Positions 9,966 to 20,407 are shown, counted from the stretch's first letter. The stretch is DNA of 64,000 nt from Candidatus Bathyarchaeia archaeon (GCA_049516875.1 JBEKSS010000007.1:175536-239535), one strand, 5' to 3'. Numbers and translations: made by a program. The notes: a model not told the origin generated them from the letters alone.

Positions 9966-10361
9966 ATCAAGGTCAGTTCCTCTTTTTCTGTCTATCACTA
10001 TACGTGACAAGGCCTGATCCATGGGAAAGCCATGGAGACATACACTTAATCTATTGCACACAAACGGTACTCACAATACTTGAATCCGTGATTTAAGTTT
10101 GGGTTTGGGTTTTATCCAGTGTTCACTATTCTCCCTAAGATAGTTGGTTAGTCTCCTTCTAGGCACTCAAACCAGATTTTTACCCACCTATCTGATTTGT
10201 CGAATAGAACTGCTAATCAGTTAACTCACTTGATAGGAACTTGTGGGGGTTTGATTGTTTTTACTTAACCCAAAATCTTTTCTTTTCAATTAGTAAAGTT
10301 TATGCTCCTGTGCAAGTCTTGACAATGGGCGAAAACCAATCTGACTGGCGGTTCTGTTCAC

Positions 10362-11201
10362 ATGTTTCACGTTAAAACCATGTCTCCAGAAGATTTCGAG
10401 TTTGCAGTTCAAATCACGGACCAGATGAACTGGAACCTGACAGCCGCGGACTTCGAATTCATGATTGAACTTGAGCCTAACGGATGCTTCGTCCTGCTCG
10501 AAGATTCGGAAAGAATAGGTCTCGCCACAACCGTCAACTTCGGCACGGTAGCCTGGTTTGGAAACCTAATCGTCAACGAAAGCCACCGAAAAAAAGGAGC
10601 AGGATCACTACTCGTCAAACACTCAGTCAAATATCTCACAAACCAACGCGCAAAAACCATCGGCCTGTACGCTTACATCGATAGAATCCCCTTCTACAAA
10701 AGACTCGGCTTCGAATGCGACTCGGAATTCACAGTCCTAGAGGGAAAAGGCTCTTCCTTGCCACTCAAACCCGCGGTCAGGAAAGCCAAGAAACAAGACC
10801 TACACGAGATCATCGAATTCGACCGTTCCTGTTTCGGCGCTTCTCGAAAAAAGCTGCTTGAACCCATCATTCTCGACCCAGACAACCTTTGTTACACTTC
10901 AAACGAAGAGGGACGGATCATCGGCTATGCGGTAGCCAAGGTCTACAGGCACGTGGGTGAGATAGGGCCCCTAACATGCCAAAAGGAACGTGAAGACGTT
11001 GCCCTCAACCTTCTAATGACGGTTCTCGACAGGCTGGAAGGACGCGAGGTTTCCATGTACGTTCCCAACAAAGAGAGCACAATTCTGAACACGCTGAGAA
11101 AGTCAGGATTCACTGAGAGTTTTCGTGTGGCACGCATGTTTTTCGGGTCGCCCATCGTCAACGACTGCATCTTTATGGCCGAATCATTGGAAAGAGGTTG
11201 A
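10362..11201 (+). CDS. Tandem GNAT acetyltransferase (YitH-like)
   Basis: HRKKGAGSLL motif A, FYKRLGF, second GNAT-like domain with IGPL. Confidence 0.88.
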   Translation: MFHVKTMSPEDFEFAVQITDQMNWNLTAADFEFMIELEPNGCFVLLEDSERIGLATTVNFGTVAWFGNLIVNESHRKKGAGSLLVKHSVKYLTNQRAKTIGLYAYIDRIPFYKRLGFECDSEFTVLEGKGSSLPLKPAVRKAKKQDLHEIIEFDRSCFGASRKKLLEPIILDPDNLCYTSNEEGRIIGYAVAKVYRHVGEIGPLTCQKEREDVALNLLMTVLDRLEGREVSMYVPNKESTILNTLRKSGFTESFRVARMFFGSPIVNDCIFMAESLERG

Positions 11202-12577
11202 ATGTAATGTCAGAGTTGGCTAGAATAATCGTTGAAGATTTTCTCAAGAGTTCTTGGTCCTGCATCGAAGCCTTGGTGGGAGAATTGGCCACGTTCAAAC
11301 CAGATGCGGGAAAAAAGATACGCTTCTTCCACTTCAAAAACGGACGTAAGACTGAGGCGACGTTTGACAGTGGCCACTTCTTTTTGAGGGCTTCAGTTGA
11401 ATATTCAAATCCACAGCTGACTGTGGAAGAAGTTCAGGGGATCATAGCCGCTCGTCTGCTTGAGGTCTGCGGAAACCACTTCTACTACTATGGCTTGCGA
11501 ACTGTCGACGCCAAAGACGTTGACGAAATATGTGAGATGCTCAGCGATCCTTCCCAAGGCGTGATCGTTCCGTTTCTGCTCAACACGGACGAGATTGAAC
11601 CGGACAGGTACTCGATGAACCCGCTGAAAGAGTCTATAGTAAATAGCGGACAGAGCGCCTTTCCATGCGCCACAGTCAAAGCAGAAAAGCTAGAAATAGA
11701 CAAGAACTTCGTGCAAAAATACCGAGGTTCATTGATTTGCAAGGACGAAATCGAACTCATAAGTCGTCACCTCAAAACCTGCAACGGCAGCTACGTCGAC
11801 ATGGTTGACGCCGTCAAATACGAACAACTAGAAAACCTTTCAAAAGCCTTCGGAATCAACCTCAGCGTCTACTCAATCCGCATGCCCTTGGCAGCTCTTA
11901 GCGAAGAAAAGTCTGACGGCTTGCTGCACTACATAATAAAGCAAACACACGCCGGCTACGAGTCAATTGAGTGCGTCTACAAGTGCATGGGCAGAAGCAT
12001 GAAAAACCTAACCACTCTCCTAACCGTGCCACACTCTGGCAAAGGCTACGCTTCTAAACGCGCCGTCAGAGGAAGAATATACTTCGACGGAGACAAAATC
12101 AAAAACCTCAAAGTAGACTACAAAACCGTCCTGCTCTACCCGAATGCGATTGACCCGGGCGACGTAAGCGTTGCAAAAGCTGACGACACCTTCACCGTAG
12201 ACGGAAGCAAACTTGCCAATTATGACTTCAGAGAAACCCCCTCTTCACCCCAATTCTTCCTATACTCTCTGGCCTCGCCCGAAAATGCGGTCCTGTGGCA
12301 CGGTATCGGTGCCTTCGGCGCCTCCGAACTCTTGAAAAGCTACACAACCACGCGCGTAGCCTGCGCCAAAGAACTCCTAATCAAAGGCCTGAGCGAGAAA
12401 TACGGAGTCACGACAAAAATCCCCCTGCAATTCAACCTCATCCCCAAATACATGTGGTTCCACCCCGTACACCGCAACATAGACGCAAGCATAGGCTGCG
12501 TCCAAAACATGAAAGACCTGGCCGACCTGGGCATGAAAATGGAACACCTCCAGACCGACCAATACATCCGCAGCTAA
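11198..12577 (+). CDS. Hypothetical soluble protein of unknown function
   Basis: 459-aa ORF overlapping the GNAT stop by 4 bp; no family recognised. Confidence 0.8.
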   Translation: MNVMSELARIIVEDFLKSSWSCIEALVGELATFKPDAGKKIRFFHFKNGRKTEATFDSGHFFLRASVEYSNPQLTVEEVQGIIAARLLEVCGNHFYYYGLRTVDAKDVDEICEMLSDPSQGVIVPFLLNTDEIEPDRYSMNPLKESIVNSGQSAFPCATVKAEKLEIDKNFVQKYRGSLICKDEIELISRHLKTCNGSYVDMVDAVKYEQLENLSKAFGINLSVYSIRMPLAALSEEKSDGLLHYIIKQTHAGYESIECVYKCMGRSMKNLTTLLTVPHSGKGYASKRAVRGRIYFDGDKIKNLKVDYKTVLLYPNAIDPGDVSVAKADDTFTVDGSKLANYDFRETPSSPQFFLYSLASPENAVLWHGIGAFGASELLKSYTTTRVACAKELLIKGLSEKYGVTTKIPLQFNLIPKYMWFHPVHRNIDASIGCVQNMKDLADLGMKMEHLQTDQYIRS

Positions 12578-12642
12578 CAACACAAGAAGGTTCAGCTTGG
12601 TCTCATGGCACGCCCTGCTCGTATTGAACGTTTTTATAACAG

Positions 12643-13314
12643 TTGACCACAAGTCGCTTGAGTGACATGAGCGGTTCAACGCTTAAGGGAAAAATCCGAC
12701 ACCTATTCGAGACAGCGTTTACAGGCATATTGTTCAGCACACAGACCATACTTAATGCTGGTTGGGCCATCAGTGTCATGACCATTCCACTATTACCCTA
12801 TCTAGCCTACCTTACTGGTGGAGACACAAACGTCGAGCGGGAAATCGCTGTAATGTTCTTTTCTAAGTATTTCATCGTCGGTCGCATAATCGCTCTTATT
12901 GGAATCGTTGTGCTTGCAACTGGAGCTGGGCAACTGCTCTTGAATCGCAGGAGAGGGATAGGACTCATCGAGACTGGAGCATATTCCATCGTCAGACATC
13001 CTCAGTTTGCAGGAATAATCATTCTCACTATGGGGTTAACGGTAATGGTTCAGACGTTAGGGGGAAACAGCGTAGAGCTCACAGGTTTGAGGCTCTTACC
13101 GATTCTGGGCTATATTGGCATAGCAAGATATGAAGAAGTACATCTGCTAAAGCGGTTCAGAGAAAGCTTCCAGCAATACAGACAAAAGGTTCCCTTCATC
13201 TTTCCAATAAAATGCCCTTCCAGAATCCCAGAAACGGTATTTACGGTTGCCATAGCCCTTCTCATCGGGCTTATCCTTCTCCTCTTCCCCTATAACCTAA
13301 TCCAAATCATTTAG
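12643..13314 (+). CDS. Isoprenylcysteine carboxyl methyltransferase (ICMT/PEMT) family membrane protein
   Basis: LIETGAYSIVRHPQF...YEEVHL...FQQYRQKVP signature. Confidence 0.8.
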   Translation: MTTSRLSDMSGSTLKGKIRHLFETAFTGILFSTQTILNAGWAISVMTIPLLPYLAYLTGGDTNVEREIAVMFFSKYFIVGRIIALIGIVVLATGAGQLLLNRRRGIGLIETGAYSIVRHPQFAGIIILTMGLTVMVQTLGGNSVELTGLRLLPILGYIGIARYEEVHLLKRFRESFQQYRQKVPFIFPIKCPSRIPETVFTVAIALLIGLILLLFPYNLIQII

Positions 13315-13348
13315 CAATGCACCTCCCGCGCTATCTATCGGTGGAAAA

Positions 13349-13924
13349 ATGAGCGAATTCCGCGATTTTTTGAGCGACATACTGTTTATCATCGGATTAG
13401 TCCTAATCCCATTGTCCACCATTCAACCTTTCTTTACAGTGCTATACATGCTACCGCCAGATCCCTATTTCAGTGCGAGATTCTTTGAATTCTTGCGTGC
13501 GGACTACTTTTCTTTCAAAGTGGACTACAGTGCCCGCGTTTATGGTAGGTCAGAATCTTGGGGTGCATACTGGTTCAACCAATATGATTGGCTGCATATT
13601 CATTCCTCCACTGCCGTTTCCTATCTTCTAATTGCGGTCTTCAGTTTCCAAATTCTCGCTTTGGTTCTGGGACTTATCACTATTCCTTTGAAGCCCAGAA
13701 CGAGAATCATACCCTTGATCTTGGGCGTCGTGACAACGTTCCTTATGACTTTGATCTATTTTTCCCTACGCGCATCTTATTTTGTGATAGGTATTTTGGT
13801 GCGTACGCGCTATGAATGGGTTCTCGCAGACGGTTATTGGCTGATTTTTGCTTCAGTCGTTTGCATGTCGATTTCCCTCATTCTGGCTAGAAAAAGACAA
13901 AGCAGATTGCTGTTTTCAAGATGA
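13349..13924 (+). CDS. Hypothetical four-TM membrane protein
   Basis: 191-aa hydrophobic ORF. Confidence 0.65.
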   Translation: MSEFRDFLSDILFIIGLVLIPLSTIQPFFTVLYMLPPDPYFSARFFEFLRADYFSFKVDYSARVYGRSESWGAYWFNQYDWLHIHSSTAVSYLLIAVFSFQILALVLGLITIPLKPRTRIIPLILGVVTTFLMTLIYFSLRASYFVIGILVRTRYEWVLADGYWLIFASVVCMSISLILARKRQSRLLFSR

Positions 13925-14081
13925 GCACGCGAGCGCGCAAACCGAGTTGTTACACTTTGCCATTCTTTCAACAAGGCAGAAGAGAGACCCAAACAACTTC
14001 CACCTGAAATGACCCCGAGCGCGCTTCTCTATTTGCCCAGTCGGCAATTCTAGCAGTCGCTGCGTGTGTGCGCGTGCGTTG

Positions 14082-14264
14082 TCAACAGCAGCAGCAATCA
14101 TCTTCATCGTCTTTTGAACCTTCATCAGCGAACTTCTTCGGGTTCTTTTCAAATACTTCCTTGCACGACTGACTGCAGAAGTAGTACGTCTTGCCAGCAT
14201 ATTCAGATTTCAATGTCGCTGTTTTCTCATCCACGTTCATTCCGCAAACTGGATCCTTGACCAT
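14082..14264 (-). CDS. YHS/TRASH-domain metallochaperone
   Basis: KDPVCGM...YYFCSQSC; GGAGGTGA SD upstream of the ATG at 14264; DDEDDCCCC tail. Confidence 0.88.
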   Translation of the reverse strand: MVKDPVCGMNVDEKTATLKSEYAGKTYYFCSQSCKEVFEKNPKKFADEGSKDDEDDCCCC

Positions 14265-14281
14265 GTTCAGCTTCACCTCCA

Positions 14282-16396
14282 TCATTTTTTGGGCTGATCG
14301 TTCAACTTTTCAAACTTGAATGTGGATAATCTCAGCAACGCAGAGTTCGTGACAACTGTTAGTGAGCTGATGGCCATCGCTCCCGCAGCAAATATCGGGT
14401 TCATCACACCAACTGCAGCCACTGGAATCATGATCGTGTTGTATATGAACGCCCAGAACAGGTTGGTGTTGATTTTCGTCATAGTCTTCTTGCTCAATTC
14501 CACGGCTAGCGCCACGTCTCGCAAGTCATCCTTAATCAGCACTATGCCGCCGGTTTCTTTCGCGATGTCGGTTCCGCTTCCTATAGCTATTCCAATATCT
14601 GCTTGAGCCAAAGCTGGAGCATCATTCACACCATCGCCAACCATCGCGACCGTTTTCCCTTCGCTCTGAAGTTTCTTGATTGCGTTCACTTTCTCCCAAG
14701 GGAGCACATTGGCTATCACGTGGTCAATGTTGAGTTGCTCCGCAATCGCCTTGGCAGTTCTTTCATTGTCACCGGTCAGAATGGTCACTTCCAGTCCCAT
14801 GCTTTTCAGCTTACTTACCGCCTCAACAGCATGGTCTTTGGGTGTATCCATAGCAGCAACAACACCTGCGGGCTCACCATCCACAGCAAGAATCATCACT
14901 GTCTTGCCCTGTGCCTCGAGTCTCTCGAGGTCCTGCTCCACCTGCTTAATCGGAATTTTCTCATCCTGCATCAGTCTTTGATTTCCCAACAGTATCTTCT
15001 TGTTCTCGTAAGTGCATTTGACCCCCTGTCCTGGAACGGCCTCAAACGAGTCTGCGTCGGGAATATCAGACTCGCCTTGACGTGCCGCTTTCATTATTGC
15101 TTCTGACAATGGATGTTCTGAGCCTTTCTCAGCAATCGCCGCAAGTTTCAAAGCTTCCTCTTCAGTGTAGCCGCTGTATACCGCGATGTCTGTGACTGAC
15201 GGCTCGCCTTTTGTCAGTGTACCCGTTTTGTCAAACACAACGGTTTTCAGTTTTCGTGCTCTCTCGACATATTCGCCGCTGCGCAGGAGAATTCCGTATT
15301 CTGCACCTTTTCCCACTCCCGCCAATATGGCCGTAGGAGTGGCAATTCCCAAGGCGCATGGGCACGCGATCAGCAGCACTGCAAGCAGTGCGAAGAATGC
15401 AGCTGAGAAGCCACTAACAACATACCAGTAACCGAAAGAGATTGCAGCAACAGAGAAAACTATCGGAACGAATTTTCCAACAACCCTATCTGCAAACTTC
15501 TGAACGGGGGCACTTGAGGCCTGTGCTTCTTCGACGAGATGCACGATCTGCGCTAAAGCTGTTTCTTCTCCAACCTTTGTTACTTTGATTCTTAGAAGCC
15601 CAGTCTTGTTCACAGTAGCGCCTATGGCTTCGCTTCCCACATTTTTCTCGACAGGTATGCTTTCCCCAGTGATTATCTTCTCATCCACCGAGGAGTAACC
15701 TGCAATCACAACCCCATCTGTTGGAATCTTTTCGCCAGGCTTAACTATGATGACATCATTCACTTGAACCTCGTCTATGGGAACATCGACTTCTTTTTCA
15801 TCCTTGACCACTCTGGCAATGGTCGGTTGAAGTTCCAGCAGCTTCCGAATCGAGGCAGCTGATCTTCTCCGAATGCTCTCCTCAATGTATTTTCCGAGCA
15901 GAACAAAAGCCAATATGCCGACAGCTATCTCCAGATAGCCTTCTCCTCCCAATCCAGGGAGAAACGCATTGAGTGCGCCATAGGTCCAGCCTGCCACGAC
16001 TCCGGCTGAAACTAGCACGTCCATATTGATTGCACGATTTCTGAGAGAATTGTAGGCTCCGTGAATGATGCTCCAGCCAGCAATCCAGACAACAGGAGTT
16101 GACACAATAAACAACGCCAGACTATAGACTGAGAGCCCGCCGATGAGTGAGAAACTCATTAACGCGGCTACTATACCGAACAAAGTCACCACTCTGAGTC
16201 CGGCCACGGCTATTACGCCCGCGAGTGTTATTGCAACCCGACGTCTCATGGCTTTCAATTCCTGTTCGGGCTGCTCGTATACGTCAGCACAGGATTGACT
16301 GCAGAAGTAGTACGTGCGGTCTCCAATCTTCCTCTTGATAGCTTTATCCTTGTCCACGTCCATACCGCACACGGGATCTCTCGGCACTACATTCAT
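14282..16396 (-). CDS. copA: Copper-translocating P1B-type ATPase with N-terminal YHS domain
   Basis: DPVCGM...YYFCS, TGES, CPC, DKTGT, SEHP, GDGVND, YN and MxxSS motifs of Cu(I) P1B-1 ATPases. Confidence 0.93.
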   Translation of the reverse strand: MNVVPRDPVCGMDVDKDKAIKRKIGDRTYYFCSQSCADVYEQPEQELKAMRRRVAITLAGVIAVAGLRVVTLFGIVAALMSFSLIGGLSVYSLALFIVSTPVVWIAGWSIIHGAYNSLRNRAINMDVLVSAGVVAGWTYGALNAFLPGLGGEGYLEIAVGILAFVLLGKYIEESIRRRSAASIRKLLELQPTIARVVKDEKEVDVPIDEVQVNDVIIVKPGEKIPTDGVVIAGYSSVDEKIITGESIPVEKNVGSEAIGATVNKTGLLRIKVTKVGEETALAQIVHLVEEAQASSAPVQKFADRVVGKFVPIVFSVAAISFGYWYVVSGFSAAFFALLAVLLIACPCALGIATPTAILAGVGKGAEYGILLRSGEYVERARKLKTVVFDKTGTLTKGEPSVTDIAVYSGYTEEEALKLAAIAEKGSEHPLSEAIMKAARQGESDIPDADSFEAVPGQGVKCTYENKKILLGNQRLMQDEKIPIKQVEQDLERLEAQGKTVMILAVDGEPAGVVAAMDTPKDHAVEAVSKLKSMGLEVTILTGDNERTAKAIAEQLNIDHVIANVLPWEKVNAIKKLQSEGKTVAMVGDGVNDAPALAQADIGIAIGSGTDIAKETGGIVLIKDDLRDVALAVELSKKTMTKINTNLFWAFIYNTIMIPVAAVGVMNPIFAAGAMAISSLTVVTNSALLRLSTFKFEKLNDQPKK

Positions 16397-16443
16397 CCTC
16401 CGTCATGACATTTGTAATTGCCTGTGGTTTGCGAAGTATTTAA

Positions 16444-16464
16444 ATATATCTTTTAAAGATATAT
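16444..16464. promoter_or_regulatory. Perfect inverted repeat, candidate operator in the divergent copA/regulator promoter
   Basis: ATATATCTTT-T-AAAGATATAT (10-bp arms, 1-nt spacer) in the 94-bp gap between the divergent starts. Confidence 0.6.
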
Positions 16465-16490
16465 ATTCTGAAGATAAATCTGGTGAAGAC

Positions 16491-16961
16491 ATGTCTACAT
16501 ACGATTTAGGCGAAATAGTCTCCGACTTCTCCGACTTCTCACGCTTCTACATTCTCACCATCCTCTACGAAGGACCACAACACGGGTACAGCATTATCAG
16601 CAAATTCAGAAAAAGAATAGGCAAAGAAATCAGTCCCAGCCTAGTTTACCCATTCCTCAGCCAACTCGAAAAAAAAGGACTTGTAAAACATTCGTTGAAG
16701 CCGGTCGGAGAGAAGAAAAAGAAAGTCTTCGAACTGACAGAGAAGGGCAGACAACTCTGCAAGCAATTATTCAAGCGCTTCTCAACCCTTGTCTCCGTCG
16801 CCATCGAACCAAGCCTAGAAGTGTGCGCGAGCTGCGGCTGCAAAGTCTACGAAGGCGGGCATAGAGAGACAATCAAAGGAAAAGAAATGACCTTCTGCTG
16901 CGTACACTGCGCTCAGTCGTACAAGAGAGAAACGGGGAGAAAATCCTCCCATGACCATTGA
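16491..16961 (+). CDS. PadR-family regulator with C-terminal TRASH-like metal-binding domain
   Basis: HGYSII...SLVYPFLSQLEKKGL wHTH; CASCGC...FCCVHC; GGTGA SD before the ATG at 16491. Confidence 0.88.
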   Translation: MSTYDLGEIVSDFSDFSRFYILTILYEGPQHGYSIISKFRKRIGKEISPSLVYPFLSQLEKKGLVKHSLKPVGEKKKKVFELTEKGRQLCKQLFKRFSTLVSVAIEPSLEVCASCGCKVYEGGHRETIKGKEMTFCCVHCAQSYKRETGRKSSHDH

Positions 16962-16973
16962 TGTTAACAGGAG

Positions 16974-17252
16974 ATGTATGAAAACATGACAGTCGAAATT
17001 ATAGACATTGTTTTGCGTGTAGGATTGACCCTGGCAACGGGCTTCTTGCTTGGGATAATGTTCCTCAGCTATTGGCGCACAAGAACCCGCAAAATGCTAT
17101 TCATCACCGCTGGATTCGCAGTCTTCTTCATCCATGCTCTAGTCACGATTCCAGAGCTGTTTAGTAGTGGCTATCAGATCAACGAGAATTTGCACCTTCT
17201 CATCCATCTGATAGGACTAGCCTTGATAACGATTGGCGTGCTGAAGGACTAA
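16974..17252 (+). CDS. Small three-TM membrane protein
   Basis: 92 aa; His residues within the helices; directly upstream of a wHTH gene. Confidence 0.75.
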   Translation: MYENMTVEIIDIVLRVGLTLATGFLLGIMFLSYWRTRTRKMLFITAGFAVFFIHALVTIPELFSSGYQINENLHLLIHLIGLALITIGVLKD

Positions 17253-17258
17253 TGCCCC

Positions 17259-17810
17259 ATGTTCAAAGATGAAATCCTGGAGAACGAAAAAAGGAGAAGA
17301 ATCTACGCCCTCATAGAGGCGAGTCCAGGCATGCATCTTCGAGAACTTCAAAGAATATTGGATATGCCGCTGACCACGCTAGAATATCACCTCAGCTACA
17401 TGAATAGGAAAAGGATCCTGTTCGCAGAAACAGAAGACCATCACAAAAGGTACTACACGAAGCCCCTTGACCCTGAAGACAAAAAAGTGCTGGCGGCATT
17501 GCGACAGAAGAGAATGAGGGAAATAGTCCTTGTCGTTCTTGAAAATGGAAAGGCCAAGTATCAATTGCTGGCAGAACGTCTCAAACTATCGCACTCAACG
17601 CTGTCTTCTTACCTCAAGTATCTGGTCAACAAAAACATTCTTACTAAAGAGAAGATCGGCTACGAAAACCTCTACACCGTTCGGGAGGAAGACAGAGTGG
17701 CAAAAGTCTTGATAGCATACAGGCCCAGCTTCCTAGACAAACTTGTGGACAAAGCTCTAGATACATGGATGGAAACACATTTTCTTGAAACAGAGCAAAA
17801 GCCAACATAA
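17259..17810 (+). CDS. Double winged-helix transcriptional regulator (ArsR/MarR-like)
   Basis: RRRIYALIEASPGMHLRELQR...LEYHL plus a second HTH, LSHSTLSSYLKYL. Confidence 0.85.
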   Translation: MFKDEILENEKRRRIYALIEASPGMHLRELQRILDMPLTTLEYHLSYMNRKRILFAETEDHHKRYYTKPLDPEDKKVLAALRQKRMREIVLVVLENGKAKYQLLAERLKLSHSTLSSYLKYLVNKNILTKEKIGYENLYTVREEDRVAKVLIAYRPSFLDKLVDKALDTWMETHFLETEQKPT

Positions 17811-18058
17811 TGCACTTCGGGTATTGTACTAATCTTTTTCATGGTTCTGTCCGTCGCTTCTTATAAGCAAAGAATGAGACGTTTGGAATTGGAGGTCGAA
17901 AACAAGTCGGCGAGAACTATTCTTCAAAAGGGCTCGTCAAGGTCTGAGGCAACTTGAAGTTTTTCTTCTTCTCTCCTTTCTCCTCTTCGGCTGTTCCAGA
18001 CCTTTCCGAGAACCCAAGAAGAAAAGTGCCGTGCCGACACAAACTAGGGTGAAGAAAT

Positions 18059-18238
18059 ATGGACACACAATTGCTGATCGAAGAAAGACACGTTCTACTG
18101 AAGAGTGAACTTGACGAAAAATTGCGTGAGAAACATGCCTTAGAACTGGAGATCAGCAGACAGTTCGAGGAACTAAAGAAGTTGGAGATTTCTCTTGAAA
18201 AAAGCGCTCGCATCGCAGTAACTGATGAACAGCAATGA
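18059..18238 (+). CDS. Small coiled-coil protein (59 aa, below the ORF-track cutoff)
   Basis: MDTQLLIEERHVLLKSELDEKLREKHALELEISRQFEELKKLEISLEKSARIAVTDEQQ; GGGTGA SD upstream. Confidence 0.55.
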   Translation: MDTQLLIEERHVLLKSELDEKLREKHALELEISRQFEELKKLEISLEKSARIAVTDEQQ

Positions 18239-18303
18239 TTTGTTTTTGTTCTGCCTGAAACCACCATGTAATACAGATAATCAAGAGGGAAGTTTAGATT
18301 AGT

Positions 18304-18561
18304 ATGCATCAACATGAAGATGAAACCGATCACGGGTATGAAAGCCAATCGACAAGCAAAAGCCACGTGCTAATGATGGCACTCTGTTGCATCCTTCCCT
18401 TGGTTGCAATAGCATCACTTTTGGCAATCTTTCCTGGAAGCCCCTACTTGCTTTTCCCTGCTGTTCTTCTATGCCCCTTATCCATGTCTCTGATGATGTT
18501 GCCAGACTGGTTGCACAGGAAAAAAGAAGCGGTGGAAAAGCATGGGCACGCAAGCCAGTAG
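18304..18561 (+). CDS. Small His/Cys/Met-rich membrane protein (DUF2933-like)
   Basis: MHQHED...MMALCCILPL...LLCPLSMSLMM; copper-cluster context. Confidence 0.7.
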   Translation: MHQHEDETDHGYESQSTSKSHVLMMALCCILPLVAIASLLAIFPGSPYLLFPAVLLCPLSMSLMMLPDWLHRKKEAVEKHGHASQ

Positions 18562-18666
18562 GGAAAGCATCGAGGAATAACTAATATACAGCTTTTGCAG
18601 ATTCCAGTTCTTGACGTGTGTTTCTTCGACCATGATGAGAACAAATAAAATGGGCAGGGTGAGAAG

Positions 18667-19083
18667 ATGAGTTATGGAGAACGACCTACTGTTGCAGTGA
18701 TTTTGTCGATCATAGGCGGAGTATTAATACTCGTTGGCGGAAGCATGGCTTTCATGATGCTTTCGTACAACAACGGCGGTTTTGGAATGATGAGCGGGTT
18801 CGGCGGTATGATGGGCGGTTACAGGGGCATGATGGATGACGTAGGCTTCCCCTACGCTATGTTGGACGGATTGATGCTCGTGAGTTTAGTGTCGGGAATT
18901 CTAGTGATTGTCGGAGCTGTGATGATTGACATATATCCATCCCAAAGTAGAACATGGGGGATAATAGTGTTAATCTTTTCCATAGTCAGCTTCGTCGGAA
19001 TGGGAGGCTTCTTGATAGGAGCAGTCTTAGGAGTAGCTGGCGGAGCACTAGCACTAAGCTGGAAAGCAAAACCCAAAGCGTAG
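18667..19083 (+). CDS. Met/Gly-rich membrane protein
   Basis: GMMSGFGGMMGGYRGMMD loop between TM helices. Confidence 0.75.
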   Translation: MSYGERPTVAVILSIIGGVLILVGGSMAFMMLSYNNGGFGMMSGFGGMMGGYRGMMDDVGFPYAMLDGLMLVSLVSGILVIVGAVMIDIYPSQSRTWGIIVLIFSIVSFVGMGGFLIGAVLGVAGGALALSWKAKPKA

Positions 19084-19499
19084 AAGGCATAACACACCCA
19101 TATTCGCTAACAAGCTCTTCTGTAAAAGACAGGCTCTATTAAATGCTCTTCCTGAAGGCATTCTCAATCTTAGACACGGGATTTTCCTTTTACCATTTAC
19201 ACTGCTTCCTTGCCCCAATTTCCATGCCCTTCACATGTCGTGTACCCGATATGATTGGGAATTCCAGAAAAACTGGAGTTGTTACGCATTGTTACACATA
19301 AATTGTTACAAAAGTCCATCAAAAATCGTTAAGTCTCCTATTGCGCGCGCTATGACAAAGCGGCGCGCACTGAGCAGTAACGTTCGTTTGTTACCACAAC
19401 TTTGCCGCTTTGCAGCGTAGCAACACACGTTCAACCGTTTAGCGTGCTATCATGCTCCACAGATAAGACTAATAAAAAGACTGAGATACAGATGCATTC

Positions 19500-20138
19500 A
19501 TGAACAAGGAGATTGGCGAGATCGCTGATTTTGTGCATGGCTATCTTGTTGAGACTGGCAAGAAGGATTTGCAGAGCGTTGCTGGGCCCGAGTATCGTTG
19601 GGAACACACTTTACGTGTGGCTCAGTGGGCGGTCAAGTTGGCGATTGAGGAGAAGGCTGATGTCAAGACGTGCGTTGTGGCTGCTCTTTTCCATGATGTT
19701 TCTCATTTTGTTTCAGAAGACTATCGCAAGCATGGAATAAAGAGTGGAGAGATCGCCCGAGAGTTTCTGTCGAAGAAAGGTTACTTGAAGAGTTTCGTTG
19801 ACAACGTCGTTTATGCTGTTGAATGTCACGTTTCAGAGCCCAACCCCAAAACAGCTGAGGCAAAGATTCTTCAAGATTCTGACACGCTGGACAGGTTTGG
19901 ATACGTCCGAATTCTTCAGTTCGGAAAAACGGCTGAACTCTCGAACCTCAAGAATCTTGAGCAGAAGATCTGCCAATCTCTTGCCTACTTGGACAGGCTT
20001 GAGAAGGGAGAATACGGCCCGATGTGGACGAAAACCGGTGAAGCGAAACTGAAAACGCTTCTGGACTTGAACAGAACCCTTCAGAAAGGCGTTCTCGAAG
20101 AACTAAGGAGCACCCAAATCCCAGACGTGGAAACCTAG
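19500..20138 (+). CDS. HD-domain phosphohydrolase
   Basis: EHTLRV...ALFHDV...H...QDSDTLD. Confidence 0.9.
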   Translation: MNKEIGEIADFVHGYLVETGKKDLQSVAGPEYRWEHTLRVAQWAVKLAIEEKADVKTCVVAALFHDVSHFVSEDYRKHGIKSGEIAREFLSKKGYLKSFVDNVVYAVECHVSEPNPKTAEAKILQDSDTLDRFGYVRILQFGKTAELSNLKNLEQKICQSLAYLDRLEKGEYGPMWTKTGEAKLKTLLDLNRTLQKGVLEELRSTQIPDVET

Positions 20139-20407
20139 CACGTTGCTTTCCCGCACGGGCTATTTACTCGCATGTTTGCGCTTTGATCCAGCTCACGCCA
20201 ACAACCTCAATGACAGCTTGAAGGGCTTCGCAGGGACTTTTCTTGACTAAGCCTTTTGTCACAATCTAAATTTTGAGACCTCCTAGAGCAATGTTGAAAG
20301 CAACATCAATTGTTACAGACGACTTAGGCCGCTTTTCATGAAGAATCAACGGAGCCTCTCAGAGCAACGCTTTTAAGAAATGAAAGGGACTTTTACGGTT
20401 GATTTTC

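Noticed and set aside
17810-18050. Possible gene remnant between the wHTH gene and the small coiled-coil ORF
   Set aside because: Interrupted frames with no recognisable family
20164-20262. 32-aa minus-strand ORF (…AVIEVVGVSW…) faintly resembling a dodecin N-terminus
   Set aside because: Too short and the similarity too weak to support without a search
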